Source: Octopus sinensis (taxonomy: Eukaryota). Taken from it: DNA of 64,000 bases. A program made the position numbers and the translations under genes. This document shows, in pieces, positions 26,964 through 41,567 of the stretch; positions within the stretch are counted from its first letter, which is position 1; every line of letters starts with the position of its first letter. The notes beneath the pieces are model-generated. The model did no database searches and was not told the origin of the DNA. It saw only the letters and a list, made by a program, of their open reading frames with translations. The stretch is taken from contig NC_043019.1 in the NCBI RefSeq assembly GCF_006345805.1, positions 7,439,360 to 7,503,359 of the forward strand, given 5' to 3'.

Positions 26964-27577
26964 TGCGTGTGTGTATTTAATCTACTTGCTTCATTCGTTA
27001 GATTGCAAAGTATATTAAACGTTTCCAAGTCAGTCTATCATGTTTTGTCTTAGCCGTGCGATATTCTCATTTTGAAGATAATCCATATAGATTTTCCAGA
27101 ATTGTAAGTTCTTATTTTTCGTATACTTATATGACTATGGAAACAATGCGAACGAAATATAAAAAAATTGTCACCGGATATTTTTTTTATTTTATTTTAT
27201 CTAGTTTCAGCTCACGATCTGTGCCCATGCTGGGGCACCGCCATTGCATGTTTCAAGCTTTATTGCCCATTCATGAGGAACATATCCAAAGTATTAACTT
27301 TCCAAACACATATTGCTTAAATACCCATTAAGTGTAGCAGATTAACCCCATTGACCAATAATGAGAAAACATCAGCTACTTAGATGTATCAAAGTGAAAT
27401 ATAGACAAGTAATGACCGTTCAGTATATGTGCATCCGTATTTCTGCCTATGCATATACTTATATACGCATATATACATACAGATATGTATGTGTATATAT
27501 ATATATATATGTATATGAAGATTTCATCTGAATGAAACAGTTCTAATCCTGTAGAAGCTCCTTCTATAAAATAAATA

Positions 27578-27622
<45 letters not shown>

Positions 27623-29859
27623 AATTTGTGCTCAATAATATTAATAAATATTTGATATATTCAAACATAATTTTTATCAAGTGATTATACACATTCGCAT
27701 TCTCACAGACACTTGTATATTAATATTACCATATATGTGCGTGTATATGTGTTTATATCTATGTCTATGTACGTGTATATATTTATATGAATATACATAT
27801 ATATCTATAGAGAGAGGAGGGAGGACGGCAAATAGATAGATATCCATACACATAAATTTATATATATATATATATACACTTATATATGTACACGTATATG
27901 TATTCATATACATACATATGTGCGTATGTCTCTATGCATGTATTATATATGCATATATGTATGCATATACGTGTGTGAGTGTATGTATGTATATAATTAG
28001 GTACCTCTTTCGCATGGAAACCAGCATGTGTCTCTGTAGGGTGGGGCGTAGAATTACAGGGGTGGTGTTTTAGCTGGCAGTGGCAGATTGCGTTCTACTG
28101 TTGGTTGTATCTCTGGTGCTTTTGGTGAGCACTGGCAGCGTCGGTGACTAGAACTGCTACTGACGATGCTAGTGATAATGGTAATGCTTGTAGCTGCAAT
28201 GGCGATGTGGCTGTTGGTACCTTTACGCTTGTTGCGCAGTTTCCTAGAGCGAAACTTGTATGTTGGTCAGTAAGTGAAAAACAGAAATGGAAAAAAAATG
28301 TACGATATCGAAATATCAAAAGAATGTAAAAAGGAAATATTTAAAATGCATAATATAACACATCGTAAATCACTACACACGCTCATACACACACAGTCTC
28401 ACACTCACACATACAACCCACACATAAAAAAAACAGAGCGATTCACTTACACATATAACAACGCTCACGGTGTATTGCAAAACCAGTGATACATAAACAC
28501 ACACATATATACATACACATACACACACACATACACACACACACACTCACACAAACTCAGGTACGCAACTTAAACAAAAATCGGATGTTTTGAATTCTAC
28601 AAACATCAGACATTTTGGAAATAGAAGGCAAATAAATAAACGAGATTTTCACAGTATGAAAACACTGCAAAACTACAAGAGCGGGGAGGTGGGGCGAGAG
28701 GGGATGAAGCGGGGGAGATGAAGAATGAAAGAGAGAGAAAGAGATAAGTAGGTGGAAGGGCGTGGAGGAGGAATGGTTAGAGATGGTGGGAGGCGTTATG
28801 AGGTGGATAGGCAGAGGTGTCTATGTTAAGAAGTCGAGTGTTAAAATACAAAAACTAAACAAAGTTTTGCATATCTATCGAAGATTATTATTGTCATCAT
28901 CATCATCATTATTATCATTATTATTATTGCTGTTGTTGTTGTTGTGACTCATTGCATTAAATGGAGATGCGGTATTAACTGGGGCCAGAACATTGGCAAA
29001 GAGACAAATAATGCCCAGCATATATATTATGTGTATGTGTGTGTATAATTAATAAAGAAAAAAAAGCGGAGAAGAAAGACTACAAAAAAACAACAAAGCG
29101 AGGGCATGGTGCACACACAAATATATATGTGTGTATGTATGTATGTGTGTGTGTGTGTGTGTGTGTGTGCGTGCGTACGTGCATATATACGCATGATTCT
29201 GACAATTGCAATATGACAAAAATGGAAGCAAATATAGTAGTAGTAGTAGTAGTAAGAGGAAGAGTAGGAGAAAAACAATAGGGAAAGGGGTAGGAGGAAG
29301 TCTTAAAGTAGGAATGAAAGTTGCAACAGGTTTGTTTTTTTTTGTAATTGTTGTTGAGGATTTAGAGGAGAGGGAGGAGAAAGGGTGAGAAAGTAGAGGA
29401 GAAGTAGGTGGACGAAGGTGGTGGCGATGATGATGTTGATGATGCTGCGGACCTAATATGAAAAGGAGGAACCTGCTGCAGCAATAAACAAAGCCACTGC
29501 AGCTGAGAGCCGCAGAGACAGCAGCAGCAGTCACAACAACAGCAACAACAACTGCAATAATAAGCACAATAACAACAGCGATGATTGCGTTAGAAACAAA
29601 CAAATAAATAAATAAATAAATAGCACCAATAATAATGAGAACCACAAGAAAAGATGTGAGAACAACAATTAGAAGAATAATAAGGTAAAACCTACGAGGA
29701 ACAACTGGTACAACAACAACAACAACGACAATAACAGCAACAGGTAAAATAATTTGAACAGTAGTAACAAGAACATCAAAAAAATATCCGTAGCGACAGA
29801 AAGCAAGCAACAAGTGCAATAACAAGAAAAATATTTTTTCTACTTCAGTCACAAAGCCC

Positions 29860-30235
29860 AAATTTTTTTTTTGGCGGGGGAGGGGTCCAGTCGATCAGAT
29901 GGACCCCAGTGCGAAACTGGTATTTAATTTATCGACCCCGAAAGGATGAAAGGCAAAGTCGACCTCGGCGGAATTTGAACTCAGAACGTAACGGCAGACG
30001 AAATACCTATTTCTTTACTACCCACAAGGGGCTAAATACACAGGGGACAAACAAGGACAGACAAACAGATTAAGTCGATTATATCGACCCCAGTGCGTAA
30101 CTGGTACTTAATTTATCGACCCCGAATGGATGAAAAGCAAAGTCGACCTCGGTGGAAATTTGAACTCAGAACGTAACGGCAGACGAAATACTGCAAAGCA
30201 TTTCGCCGGCATGCTAACAATTCTGCCAGCTCGCC
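29860..30235 (-). mobile_element. SINE family A, tandem/composite copies
   Basis: Two repeats of gaccccagtgcg.aactggta.ttaatttatcgaccccgaa.ggatgaaa.gcaaagtcgacctcgg; head ctgccagctcgcc at ~30223-30235. Further degraded copies at 30290-30635. Confidence 0.9.
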
Positions 30236-30644
30236 AATTTGTACTAACAAGAAGAATTCAGAAAGAAATACAAAGAAAATGCTTTCAAATTTTGATTTCT
30301 GACACACGGCCAACTATTTTTAAGGGGGTGGGGAGTCAATGATATCAATCCCGGTGCTTGGCCGGTATTTATTTGATCGATGCCAACAGAATGAAGAGCA
30401 AGGTCGACCCCTGTGGAATTTTCAAATCATAACGTAATGGTCGTAGATGTCCACCATGATAGCCGTCCAGTCATGTTGTCGCGTTAGTAATACTTTCGGC
30501 TAATGGCACAAGGCCTGAAATTTTGAAGGAGGGGTTCAAGCCGATTGCATTGACCCCTCAATACACAACAGTTACTCATTTTGTTTGACTCCGACAGGAT
30601 AAATGGCAAAGTCGACCTGGGCGGGATTTGAACTTGAAATTGAT

Positions 30645-30717
30645 TTGTAATAACGAGTAAATCCCAAGACGAGCTCGGTCAGGGAACGAATTAAACTCGT
30701 ATTGCGAGGTATCACTG
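30645..30717. mobile_element. Tigger/pogo-like transposon terminus
   Basis: Ends ctcgtattgcgaggtatcactg|TA, the reverse complement of a CAGTGATACCTCG-type TIR. Confidence 0.55.
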
Positions 30718-30803
30718 TATATATATATATATATATATCAGTAATAAGGTAAGAAGCAACAACTTTAATAACGAAATCAATATCTATACGCACACGCACA
30801 CAT

Positions 30804-31447
30804 ACTTCCCTCTCCACCCTCAACGTCCTTTTCAAGTAAAACTTGAAAAATTTGATATGGGCTTGGTCAAAGAGGAAAATGTCTGACTTTAGCCCTTTCA
30901 GACCAGTCAACCATACTACTTCTTTCGCTACAGCCACCAGACAAATAAAAACTGCCTGCCCCTCCCGGCCAAAGGAGGATGGCGAGGCAATCTTCACTAT
31001 AGATTCAGCTGATAGCCAGACCCGTCCAACACGCTACAGCAGGTATTGAACTTAAACCCACAGGTCAGCAATACTCGGGCACTGGACGAGTACGTGCAGA
31101 ACGGTTTCATCGTTCTGGGCGCATCTCGAACAGGCCCGGCTGACGGCACTTCCGTGCCTGTAAAGTTTCACGAATAGGCGGCGCCCCTCGTTAGCATGCC
31201 AGGTAAGAGATTTCTAGAAGTTATCCATAGGCCCAGGCCCGCAAGTTTTCCGAAAAAGACCGGTTAACTGATCCTCATCGACGACTAGAGTTTCCCCGAG
31301 AACTTCGTCGTACTTCCTCTCCACGAGCCCTCTATATAACGCTAGTGTGGAACTATCACTGACTGTTTTGCTCACATGGTGGAGGGCTGTGAGCGCTTGA
31401 CGGCACTCGAGCTGGCAAGCGCCCCTCCTCGATCTACGCTTAATCCA
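30804..31447 (-). mobile_element. L1/Tx1-clade LINE ORF2 C-terminal fragment (zf-RVT-like CCHC), decayed
   Basis: GC-rich island. Minus strand LALYRGLVE…, CSRCAQNDETVLHVLVQC (31079-31132; C-x2-C-x8-H-x4-C), then LVAVAKEVVW…FFKFYLKRTLRVERE; in-frame stops present. Confidence 0.8.
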
Positions 31448-31504
31448 GCTAATGATTCTGCCAGCTCGTCGCCTTCGCCTGTTTACCGCTATTTTCAATA
31501 ATAA

Positions 31505-31718
31505 TAATGCTTTCCAATTTTGGTGCAAAGTCAGCAATCTATGTGGTTGGGATAAGTCGATTAATCAACCCCAGTGTTTCACTGGTATTTAATTTATAGA
31601 CACCGAAAGGACGAAAGGCAAAATCGATCTCAGTGGAATTTGAACTTAAAACGTAAAGACGGACGAAGTGCCGCTAAGCTTTTTGCGAGGCGTGCTAATG
31701 CTTCAGCCAGCTCACCGC
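31505..31718 (-). mobile_element. SINE family A degraded copy
   Basis: ccccagtg…ctggtatttaatttat…ggaatttgaactt…gccagctcaccgc. Confidence 0.75.
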
Positions 31719-32401
31719 TATTAATAATAATTTCAAAAGCAACAAGACCAACAGGGTTAATATCAACCACCACCAATAACAAAAAACAGTAATAACAACG
31801 ACAACAACAACAGAATCCTAGCACTAACAACATTATTTTGCTCGACAATTCAATTTAATTTCTCTTGAATTTTCGTCAAGAATGGCAACAGTTGGATTTG
31901 TTCAACACATTGCGAATCAGCAATCAACAATCTTCAAAAGTTCACAGCCGGTTCTTGTACTGATTATTGATTTCTAAGTCGGTTTATTAATTAACTTCTG
32001 TTTCATTAATAATATCTGATGCTTTCTCTGAAAGAGTGAAACTAGAAAGCCGAGTTAATTGTACAATCAAAAGTAACGTGTTTTTGGCGAGAACATTGCT
32101 GTAACTGTAAAATTAGCTTTTATTTTATACATTTCCGAATTCTGTTTAATTAAGTTTTTACTGGTCTGGCGAACACTGGAGCTGAATAAATAGCAAATGA
32201 GTTTTTAGAATGCGTTGTCGAATGAGTTTCGTTAGGAAAATGTCCAGTGAATCCCCGAGGACAGTCTGGAGTGAATGACTGAGTGACATCGAGACAAATG
32301 GTTCTAAATCCATGGATGTCTGTGATACTCTTTTATTGAAATGGACTCTAAAAGACATTCGATGTTTAAAAAATTCTATTGTACTCTTATAATTAAAGAG
32401 G

Positions 32402-32620
32402 ACGGTGGCGAGCTGGCAGTGTTGGAAAGCACGCTGTGTAAAATGGTTTGCAGTATTTCGTCCTTCAAGTTCTCAGTTCAATTTCGACCGCGGTGGGCCT
32501 TGCCATTCTTCTTTTCAGGATCGATAAAATAATTACCAGTAATGTACTGTGGCTGATGTAATGGACTTACCCCTCCCCTCAATCACTGTTGGCCTTGTGT
32601 CAAAATTTGAAGCCAATATT
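32402..32620 (+). mobile_element. SINE family A degraded copy
   Basis: ggcgagctggcag head…tcgataaaataattaccag…ggccttgtgtcaaaatttgaa. Confidence 0.75.
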
Positions 32621-32624
32621 ATTC

Positions 32625-32845
32625 TGTAGGAAAGGATGCTGCAAAGCAGTTGGCTTTAAAGCTATTGCAAAATGCATCGTTAGAGGCCCAATCTTCTGAG
32701 TTCTTTTGCAGGGCTTAGAAAATCTGAAGGGCCGCTGCAATAAGCGTGTATCTCAGAGGAGAATAAGTTTAATGCAAACATAATTAACTGATCGGCCTGT
32801 ATATTCTTTTACTCAAAGCCAAAATCTTTTCAGCAACCCGTCATA
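32625..32845 (+). mobile_element. Mariner-derived MITE (copy 1)
   Basis: Homologous to 42966-43168 (aggcccaatcttc.gagttcttt…ctgaagg…aataag); retains a mariner transposase C-terminal remnant. Confidence 0.65.
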
Positions 32846-33369
32846 GGTTTGGCAGAATCGTTAAAAAGGGCAGAGAGGATGTAATTTCACATCAGTTCTT
32901 TTATTTTACGTTCTGTGACCAAATCATTTCAAATTTAAGAGCCTAACACATTGCGAATCAACAATTTCCAAAACTTTACAACCGTTTCTGGTAATAAATG
33001 TTGCTCCTTTCAATTTTAGTGTAGGGCAAGACTACATCCTCATCTCTCTACTTTTAAATCATCACGTAGAAAAGAATCGAATGAAGATGCAGATTCCTAA
33101 TAGGTGTTGGAGTCGATTTAATCAACTAAACCCTTTATAGCATTGTCCCAGAATGACACCGCAGTCCAATCACTGAAACCAGTAAAGTAATTATTATGCG
33201 TAAATGTATTTCACATGTGTGTGTGTGTGTGTGTGTGTGAATGTATACAAGTATTTAAATAATCATATACGTTTAATTAATGTTTTGCATACGTACATAC
33301 ATATACGAATGTGCGTGTGTCTACACAGAGGGTAATGTTGTATCGATTATATTTTGTTTGAATATACTT

Positions 33370-33402
<33 letters not shown>

Positions 33403-33929
33403 ATAAGAGAGAGAGAGGACGGGAAATCTTTTCACTAGTTGACTTAATATTCCGCCTGATCAAGTGATATCAATGTTAATTGTACCACAGTATATACACT
33501 TTGTTATTGATATAATGCACAAATATTTGTACATGCAATGTGTGTATACAAGAAAAGAGTGAGGGAGAGAGAGAGAAGGGGGACAGGAGAGGAGGGTTGA
33601 GAGACAGAGAGCGCAAGAGACGGCGACAGAGCTGGTTGTAGAAGTCTATCAATGGTTATATATTTAGATAAATGTTTAGATAGATCCCATCGATCGGTAA
33701 ATGAAGTCAGAGATTACATGGATGGAGGGATAATTGAATAGATGAGTTGATGGATGTTCAGATCAATTAATCGATATCTGTGTACATTGATGGCTGGCTG
33801 GCGAGATCAATCACACAGTCAATCGATTCGTCGATAAGGAGTGTATAGATAGATATAAATAATTGATTAGTTTTTAAGTAATATCCAGTGCTGCGAGCAA
33901 GCTTTAATTAACGCGCAGGTAAAAATATA

Positions 33930-34144
33930 TTCTTTTCTAATCTAGGCACAAGGCCAGAAATTTTAGGGGAGGGAACCAGTCGATTAGATCAACCCCAGTA
34001 CGCGACTGATACTTAATTTCTCGACGCCGAAAGGATGAAAGGCAAAGTCGACCTCGGCAGAATTTGAAATCAGAATGTAAGAACAGATGAAATAACACTG
34101 AGCATTTCGCCCGGCGTGCTAACGTTTCTGCCAGCTCGCTGCCT
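33930..34144 (-). mobile_element. SINE family A copy
   Basis: ggcacaaggcc…ccagtcgattagatc…aaaggatgaaaggcaaagtcgacctcggc…ctgccagctcgctgcc. Confidence 0.88.
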
Positions 34145-34169
34145 TACAGGTGAAAATATATTAAAACGC

Positions 34170-34436
34170 AACTGGCGTGGTAAGATGCTTGCTTCCCAAC
34201 CACATGTTTCCGGGTTCAGTTCAGTCCCACTGCGTTGCACCTTCGGAAGGTGTCTTCTATAGCCTCTGGCCGACCAAAACCCGTCGTATACGTGTGTGTG
34301 TGTGTGTGTGTGTGTGTCTGCTTTTGTCCCCCCAAAAAATCACTTGGCAACCGATGTTGGTGTGTTTACGTTCCCGTAACCTAGCGGTTCGGCAAAAGAG
34401 ACCGATAGAATAAGTACGGGTCGATTTGTTCGAGTA
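34170..34436 (+). mobile_element. SINE family B degraded copy
   Basis: gcttcccaaccacatg…ggttcag…agcggttcggcaaaagagaccgatagaataagtac. Confidence 0.8.
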
Positions 34437-34605
34437 AAGGAAGTACCGCTTGGTAGCCACGTGCATTTATCACATATTTTCTCGAAGACTCTTCTGGAAG
34501 GTTTCTCCTCTTGGTTCTTGTCGTACATAATACTCTGTCACTTGTACATGCTTACACACACATGCGCGCACGTGTTTAAATGCCTAACATATCACAAGTG
34601 TTTAT

Positions 34606-35310
34606 TTATTACCTCCTGCCTTAGCGAAGGCAGAGGTATTGTTGTCACTCGTGTTTGTTAGATTGTTGTTTGTCTGTGGACAAGATATCTCAACAACATC
34701 TGGTTGGATTCGGATGAACCTTCCAGGATGTTTGGCCTTGTGACTGACACGAACTGATTAGATTTTGGGATCGATCTGGTACCGGACAATGATTTTATTA
34801 CTACCCACAAGGGGCGAACATAGAGGGGACAATACAATCGGGGAACTTAAAATAAGAAAGCGAATGACAAGAAAAGGAAAAAAATAAAAGTAATAATGAC
34901 ATATGAAAGAATATTTACAATGAGATGTAAATGTCCACTCGATCCCCGGAATCAAGAGGTTACATTTTCGTCACATATTTCCCCAAATTTTCTTTTTTTT
35001 CCTCTCACAATTCTATACATATTCTATAATTGTTTCAACTTCTCTGAAGTCCATCACTGGGTCCTCAGGTAGCCGCTCTGTCACTCGAACCTTCGTGTAA
35101 AATATTACACTTTCTCCGGCAGCTCTGAAGAACTCAGCGGCACCTTCCTCGGGGATCCTGGTACCGGACAAGGATTCTGTATTATTTTTCCTGTTTTGCA
35201 CTTAAATTTTGTAAGCGGTCGGGTTCATTTTTAGTATTCTTGTTTGTGAGAACGCTCGAGTTTATTTCAGATATTCTCATTTGAAAATTATCTCTGGATA
35301 ATTTACTAAT
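34606..35310 (+). mobile_element. Helentron/HINE (DINE-1/pearl-like) non-autonomous element interrupted by an insertion
   Basis: Starts ttattacctcc with a subterminal hairpin ctgcctt-agcg-aaggcag (34611-34637), then a gtttgt tract and gattagattttgg motif. Resumes after a duplicated ctggtaccggacaa (34776-34789, 35158-35171). Confidence 0.55.
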
Positions 35311-35594
35311 ACAGTAGCTTTTCTCACGACCTATGTCTCATGGTATGTATTAAGTTAATAGGATTACTAACCTATTAATCCATATTCGGCAAAATCTTGT
35401 CTTGTCCTAGAGATACACCTTAGCAATCCACAGGCTTTCCTTGAAAACTAACTATTATAAAGCAACCAAATTATCATGATTCGCATAATATCTCTCCTCG
35501 GATGCGTAACTGCGATAAACTTCAAGCGAATTATAATCTAGAAGAGAGATATTGTCTCATTTGGCTAAAGCTGTGATATATCGAACAACAAGGA

Positions 35595-35808
35595 AGCGAG
35601 ATGGCTGAATCGTTGGCACACCCGGCAAATGCTTAGCGGCATTTTGTCCGTCTTTACGTTCTGGGTTCAAATTCCACTAAGATTGAATTTGCCTTTCATT
35701 CATTGGAGACCGATGAAGTAAATAGCAGTCGAGCACTGCCGTCGATGATCGATTTACCTCTTTCCCCCGCCGAACTTGCTGGCCTTATGCCAAAATTTGA
35801 GACCGATA
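35595..35808 (+). mobile_element. SINE family A degraded copy
   Basis: gcgagatggctgaatcgtt…ggttcaaattcc…gcctttcat…ggccttatgccaaaatttga. Confidence 0.75.
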
Positions 35809-36618
35809 TATCGAACAACAAAGATTTACATAGGTACTTATCGTTATAAGGCAACCACTTGGCAAGAGATACGTTCTTTCCTTTTTCATGATGGATGAGA
35901 AGTGAATGTATCAGTAATGAAAACAGTGGAATCTAAATTTTCTCAACTCTGTCTGCCTCTATCTCTCTTTTTCTTGTGTTATTAATCTGCATTCGGATTA
36001 TTGACAAGGGAATTGTACTTGAGATCTTTAATTATAATATATGATTCACACATCTCTAATCTCTTATGTAATTTTAGTTTCATGCAATTTTTCATCTCAG
36101 TAGTAAATGCAAACGTTTGTTTTCTTATAGTTACTGATAATACTGTCTCTCCCATAGTCTCTCGGGTGAATGGTATGTTATGTGGTATAGGATTGTGCGA
36201 GGGTGCGTGGCATACTTGCTAAGGTGCGGCGCACATGATTGCGGGATCCTGATCTCAGTTTCTGGGTTGGGTAGTGCATTCGGTCCTTCGAGCAAAACAC
36301 CTCATCGCACTTTGATCTCTAATCATTTCAACATTTGTCTTGTACCTCACCACGCATCTGTTCAGGTAACATGGATTTGATGGAGGGAGTAAGATGATGT
36401 ACAGCACTAGCATTTGATCCACTGTTAACAAATAATTTGTGCAGGTTTGTTCAGTAAGACATTACAGAACCGTCTTTCTCGGATTACGAGAGGCTGCCAT
36501 CATTTGGTTGAGAGTTGAATACGCAGCAATGTGTAAGATGTATATCGGATGATCTAATAGGTGCAAAGACGGTGAACGTTTCGTAGAGGTTAAGATATAA
36601 GTTTGTATAGCTATGTGT

Positions 36619-36950
36619 GTGAAGGCTGATGACTCAGTGTTTAGAGCACCGAGTGCTAAAAGTCATGAGGTAGTGAGTTTGATTCCTGTACCGAGATGTG
36701 TGTTAGTTTCTTGAGCAAGACACTTTGTTTCACGTTGCTCCAGTTTCACTTGGCTGTAGAAATGAGTTGCTACGTCACTGGTGCCAAGCGATATCGGCTT
36801 GGATAGCATCCCTTGGATAGCATCAGTGAAGTGGAGTGGACAGTCTGGTACGCATGGGCGACTGCTGGTCTTCCTGAAACAACCTTACCCGGATTTATGC
36901 CACGGTAACGTTCTAGGTTCAATTCCATCGTCATTCATGACCTAACGTGG
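36619..36950 (+). mobile_element. SINE family D copy (tRNA-like head)
   Basis: ctcagtgtttagagc…gagtttgattcc…ttcttgagcaagacactt…gctgtagaaatgagttgc…gtgccaagc; homologous to 54285-54598. Confidence 0.7.
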
Positions 36951-37050
36951 GTCATTTTCTTACATTTGTTAGTTATGTGCATATGCGCATATGTGTGTGA
37001 CTGTGTGCGTACCAACGTTCACTTACTATTATTTCATATTACAGTTCTCA

Positions 37051-37090
<40 letters not shown>

Positions 37091-39433
37091 TGGCATAAGA
37101 AAATATATACCCGATTGACGTAAGCACTATAATTGACAATTCAAATCGAGATTAATTGTTACAATTGTTTGGTTTCTGTCTCTCGGAGATACTTAACATT
37201 CTGTTATGGCTTTTTATAGTTTTAAGCCACAAATTGGAAGTGATGAACACCAGCGCACGTTCATCACGATTTATTGAAGTACAGCCAAGAAAAAGAAAGA
37301 AAATACAAGACTGTAATACTTTTTTCTAAATAATCATTTTGCAAACACAAGGAGGTGGTTTTTATACATAAAAAAAATGTTATTCAGCCTCTGTAAAACT
37401 TCGTTAACGATAAGAGATTTTTGTGTCTACGTGTGTTCTATACAAGCGTTAGGACGACTAAGGCATTCAGGTGTGGAAGTTACGTAAAACTCAGGGTTAA
37501 GCTCATCTGAAACGATTAATTTAATGTTGCCTTCACAATGTTGAATTTAAAATTAGGGGTTTCACAAATAGCATACAAGAACAACACAGTTCATAAACGT
37601 AAACATTTAGAAACAACATACGATAAAATTCGGTTCCGGAATGACTGATTTCGAAGCAAATAAACCTATGAATAACAACTTGTTAATATTGGGTTAAAAA
37701 TCACTTAATTAGAAGTGTCAAGGACATTTTAACTCTGTATTTAATAGTAGTATTTAGAATTTGTTTCGTGACCCACAACTCCAGTAAAAACCAAATGAAC
37801 AGTTTTACGCTCTCCCGATGTTTTTTAAAGATTCTTTTGACGGCAAAAATAAGATATGTTTTAAAATGTTCACTATATTTAAATATCCGATCTTAATGTT
37901 CGAAGAATTATACTAAAACACATAAAAAATCCTTTCGCATTGGCCTTAGGCATCTTAAGATTTTTAGTAAAATAGCATTAGTTGCCTTTGCACAATTTTT
38001 TTTTTCTTATTCCGCAGATTTTAATCCAGGCATCGAGTATGTCCTCGAAGCGCTTTTTTCTGTCCACCAGGCGTCGTCTTTGGGAGATTCGAACAACGTG
38101 GTCTGCTCCCTTCCACACATACATACATACAGACAGACATACATAATACATACATACATACATATAGAAATAAATAAATAAAGCTGAAGATCAGGAAAAA
38201 GAGAATACCTATGCTGAAATATTGAGTAATTTACTGTTACTCTGTCCAGATTATAAGTTCAGGTTTAATCCTGTAATTATTGGGGCCCTGGAATATATAA
38301 AATATGGCCGAAATACCAGTCTGAGAAATTAGGCTTCTCAAAACCAGAAACAAGAAGGCTTATTCGAAGACAACATATCCAATCCATCACTGGAACAGTA
38401 AAAATCTGTAAAACTTTCCAGAAGTTTATCATTTAAATATATATGAGAACATGTCTAGATATGTAACTATATGCATGAGAATACATACATAAAACATACA
38501 AATCTGCTGATACATACATGTATACATACATCCAAACAAAAGTACCCTGTTGATGTTGAAATTCCAATGAAGGAAACTTGGACCTAATTTAGAAACCGGT
38601 TCTTTCTCTATTGGCAACAAATCTTGAAAAATATTGAATGACATACATACATTCAAATACATGACGATATAAGTAAAAATAATGTCGCAAATGAATCTGT
38701 GTCTGCACTTCGCAGTTCTTATCTGTACCGTTGATTTTAGACTAATTTCTGGTCTTTCAACATTTTCTCCAACATCTCATATGAAACCATTTCATTGCTT
38801 CTCCACTGTGTGCTTGTGAGCGATCTCAGATTTTGACATTTTATAGTCTATGGAATTATAAATAAATGTAGCTAAAGTCTAAGTAAACATTTATGTGTGT
38901 CTTTAAGAGCTAAGATCGCTATAAATTTATGCAAAAGTTTAAGATTCAGCACATGACCTCATTTTGAAAATATATAACTCGCTATCTAACTTCTTATTTA
39001 TCTACCTATCTATTTATCTATCTATTTCTATATGAATTTATCGGCCATTATATGTATTCACACACACACACACACACATCCGTTTGCGTAAACATGTATG
39101 CACCATACACACACAAATATATTTACAGGGTTAGATCGATAGAGGAGTGACAGATATACATCTAAAAAGTATATATAATATATAGATATACATATAATAT
39201 ATATATATATAGATATATATATGTACCTGTATATATATATATGTACCTGTATATATACCCATATATGTATATAGACGTGTGTATATGTATTCATGTATAT
39301 ACATATATTTATATATGTATGTATATAGACATGTGTGCGTGTGTGTGTATATATATATATATATCTGTATATAACAAAAATTTAGATTCAGATGAATATG
39401 GTACTTAAGTTGAGGCACCAGAATTTAGTATGT

Positions 39434-39524
39434 TATTATCCATACAATTTCAAGGTGATTAAAATCAAAATAAGCAACAAGGATATCCAGAGGTAATATG
39501 CATATATATATACATACACACACG

Positions 39525-39556
<32 letters not shown>

Positions 39557-39893
39557 CTTATACATATGGATATATATATATGTATATACTTATACATATG
39601 GATATATATATATGTATATACTTATGTATATATATATATAAGTATATACATATATATATCCATATGTATATATATAAGTATATACATATATATATCCATA
39701 TGTATATATATATATAAGTATATACATATATATATCCATATGTATATATATATAAGTATATACATAGTATATCCATAGTATATATATATAAGTATATTAC
39801 AATATATATCCATATGTATTATATATATATAAGTATATACATATATATATCCATATGTATATATATATATAAGTATATTACATATATATATCC

Positions 39894-39935
<42 letters not shown>

Positions 39936-39997
39936 TACTTTTGGATATCCTTGTTGCTTATTTTGAGTTTAATCACCTTGAAATTGTATGGATAATA
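39434..39997. repeat. Fold-back: 64-bp inverted arms around an orientation-flipping minisatellite
   Basis: Arms 39434-39497 and 39934-39997 differ at 3 positions by my comparison. Inner units read tatacttatacatatgga left of ~39630 and taagtata…tccatatgta right of it. Confidence 0.9.
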
Positions 39998-40186
39998 CCG
40001 TACATATGTATATATGTATATGTTTATATATATGTAAATAGATGTGTATATTTTTAATTTGTTAACAATTAACACGGAAAAAATAGATAAATAGATACCA
40101 GGGTAGCAAAAAATCACTAGTAAAAAGGTTGTTTTTAAAGGTAGAAAATGTGGGTTTACGTGAAACATTTTTTATAATCTATATAA

Positions 40187-40716
<530 letters not shown>

Positions 40717-41473
40717 ATATATGCATATGTCTAAATATATATGTATGAATGAATGCATATGTGTATGTGTGTGTATAAATATATATATGTATATATGTAA
40801 ATATTCATACGTATATATATATTCTTGGTGACAGCAATAAAAATATGTGTATAAATGTGTGCGTGTATATATATATATGCATATATCCATAGATGTATGC
40901 ATTTCGCATGTTGGCAGGTGTGTGTGTGCACCAAAGAAAAGCCGATTCAGTTTCGAAGATAGAAAATATCTGCAATTCTAACTTCAGTCTTATGTTGTAA
41001 ATTTACAGAACAAGCAAAACAAAAGCAAACATCAACAACGCCAAGAACAACAATTACAACAGAAACAAAGCATTTAGTAAGTGATTTAAGACACACGTTC
41101 TTTGTTGAAATTTCTCTCGATACATTAAACAATGGAATTGCCTCTGTGCGTAATTCCATTCTTTACCGGAGTTCAATAAGGTGAGAACAGCTGCTCTTTA
41201 ATCTTGGATTGCATGTTCTGTAGTTGCTCTTTATTGAAGAACGCGGTTCCATGACATTTCCTTCTCTCTCTTTCTCGTTCTCTCTTTCTTTCTCTCTCCC
41301 CCTCTCTCTCTTATTCTTTGAACTTTGTTAAATGTCTATGTACGCGTGTGTGCATAGATTCATGCGTACAATATATACATACACATATAAACACTAATAC
41401 ATATGTATATATATACACACAAATATATATATACATACACACCCACACATATATATATATATACATATATATA

Positions 41474-41515
<42 letters not shown>

Positions 41516-41530
41516 AATATATATATACAT

Positions 41531-41567
<37 letters not shown>

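Noticed and set aside
29049-29861. Longest ORF (270 aa), membrane-protein-like
   Set aside because: Hydrophobicity comes from antisense (AAC)/(AGC)/(AAT) repeats; no domain; non-ATG start.
35020-35072. Minus-strand CTGAGGA…GAAACAATTATA hammerhead-like string
   Set aside because: Stem I is absent and stem III is mismatched.
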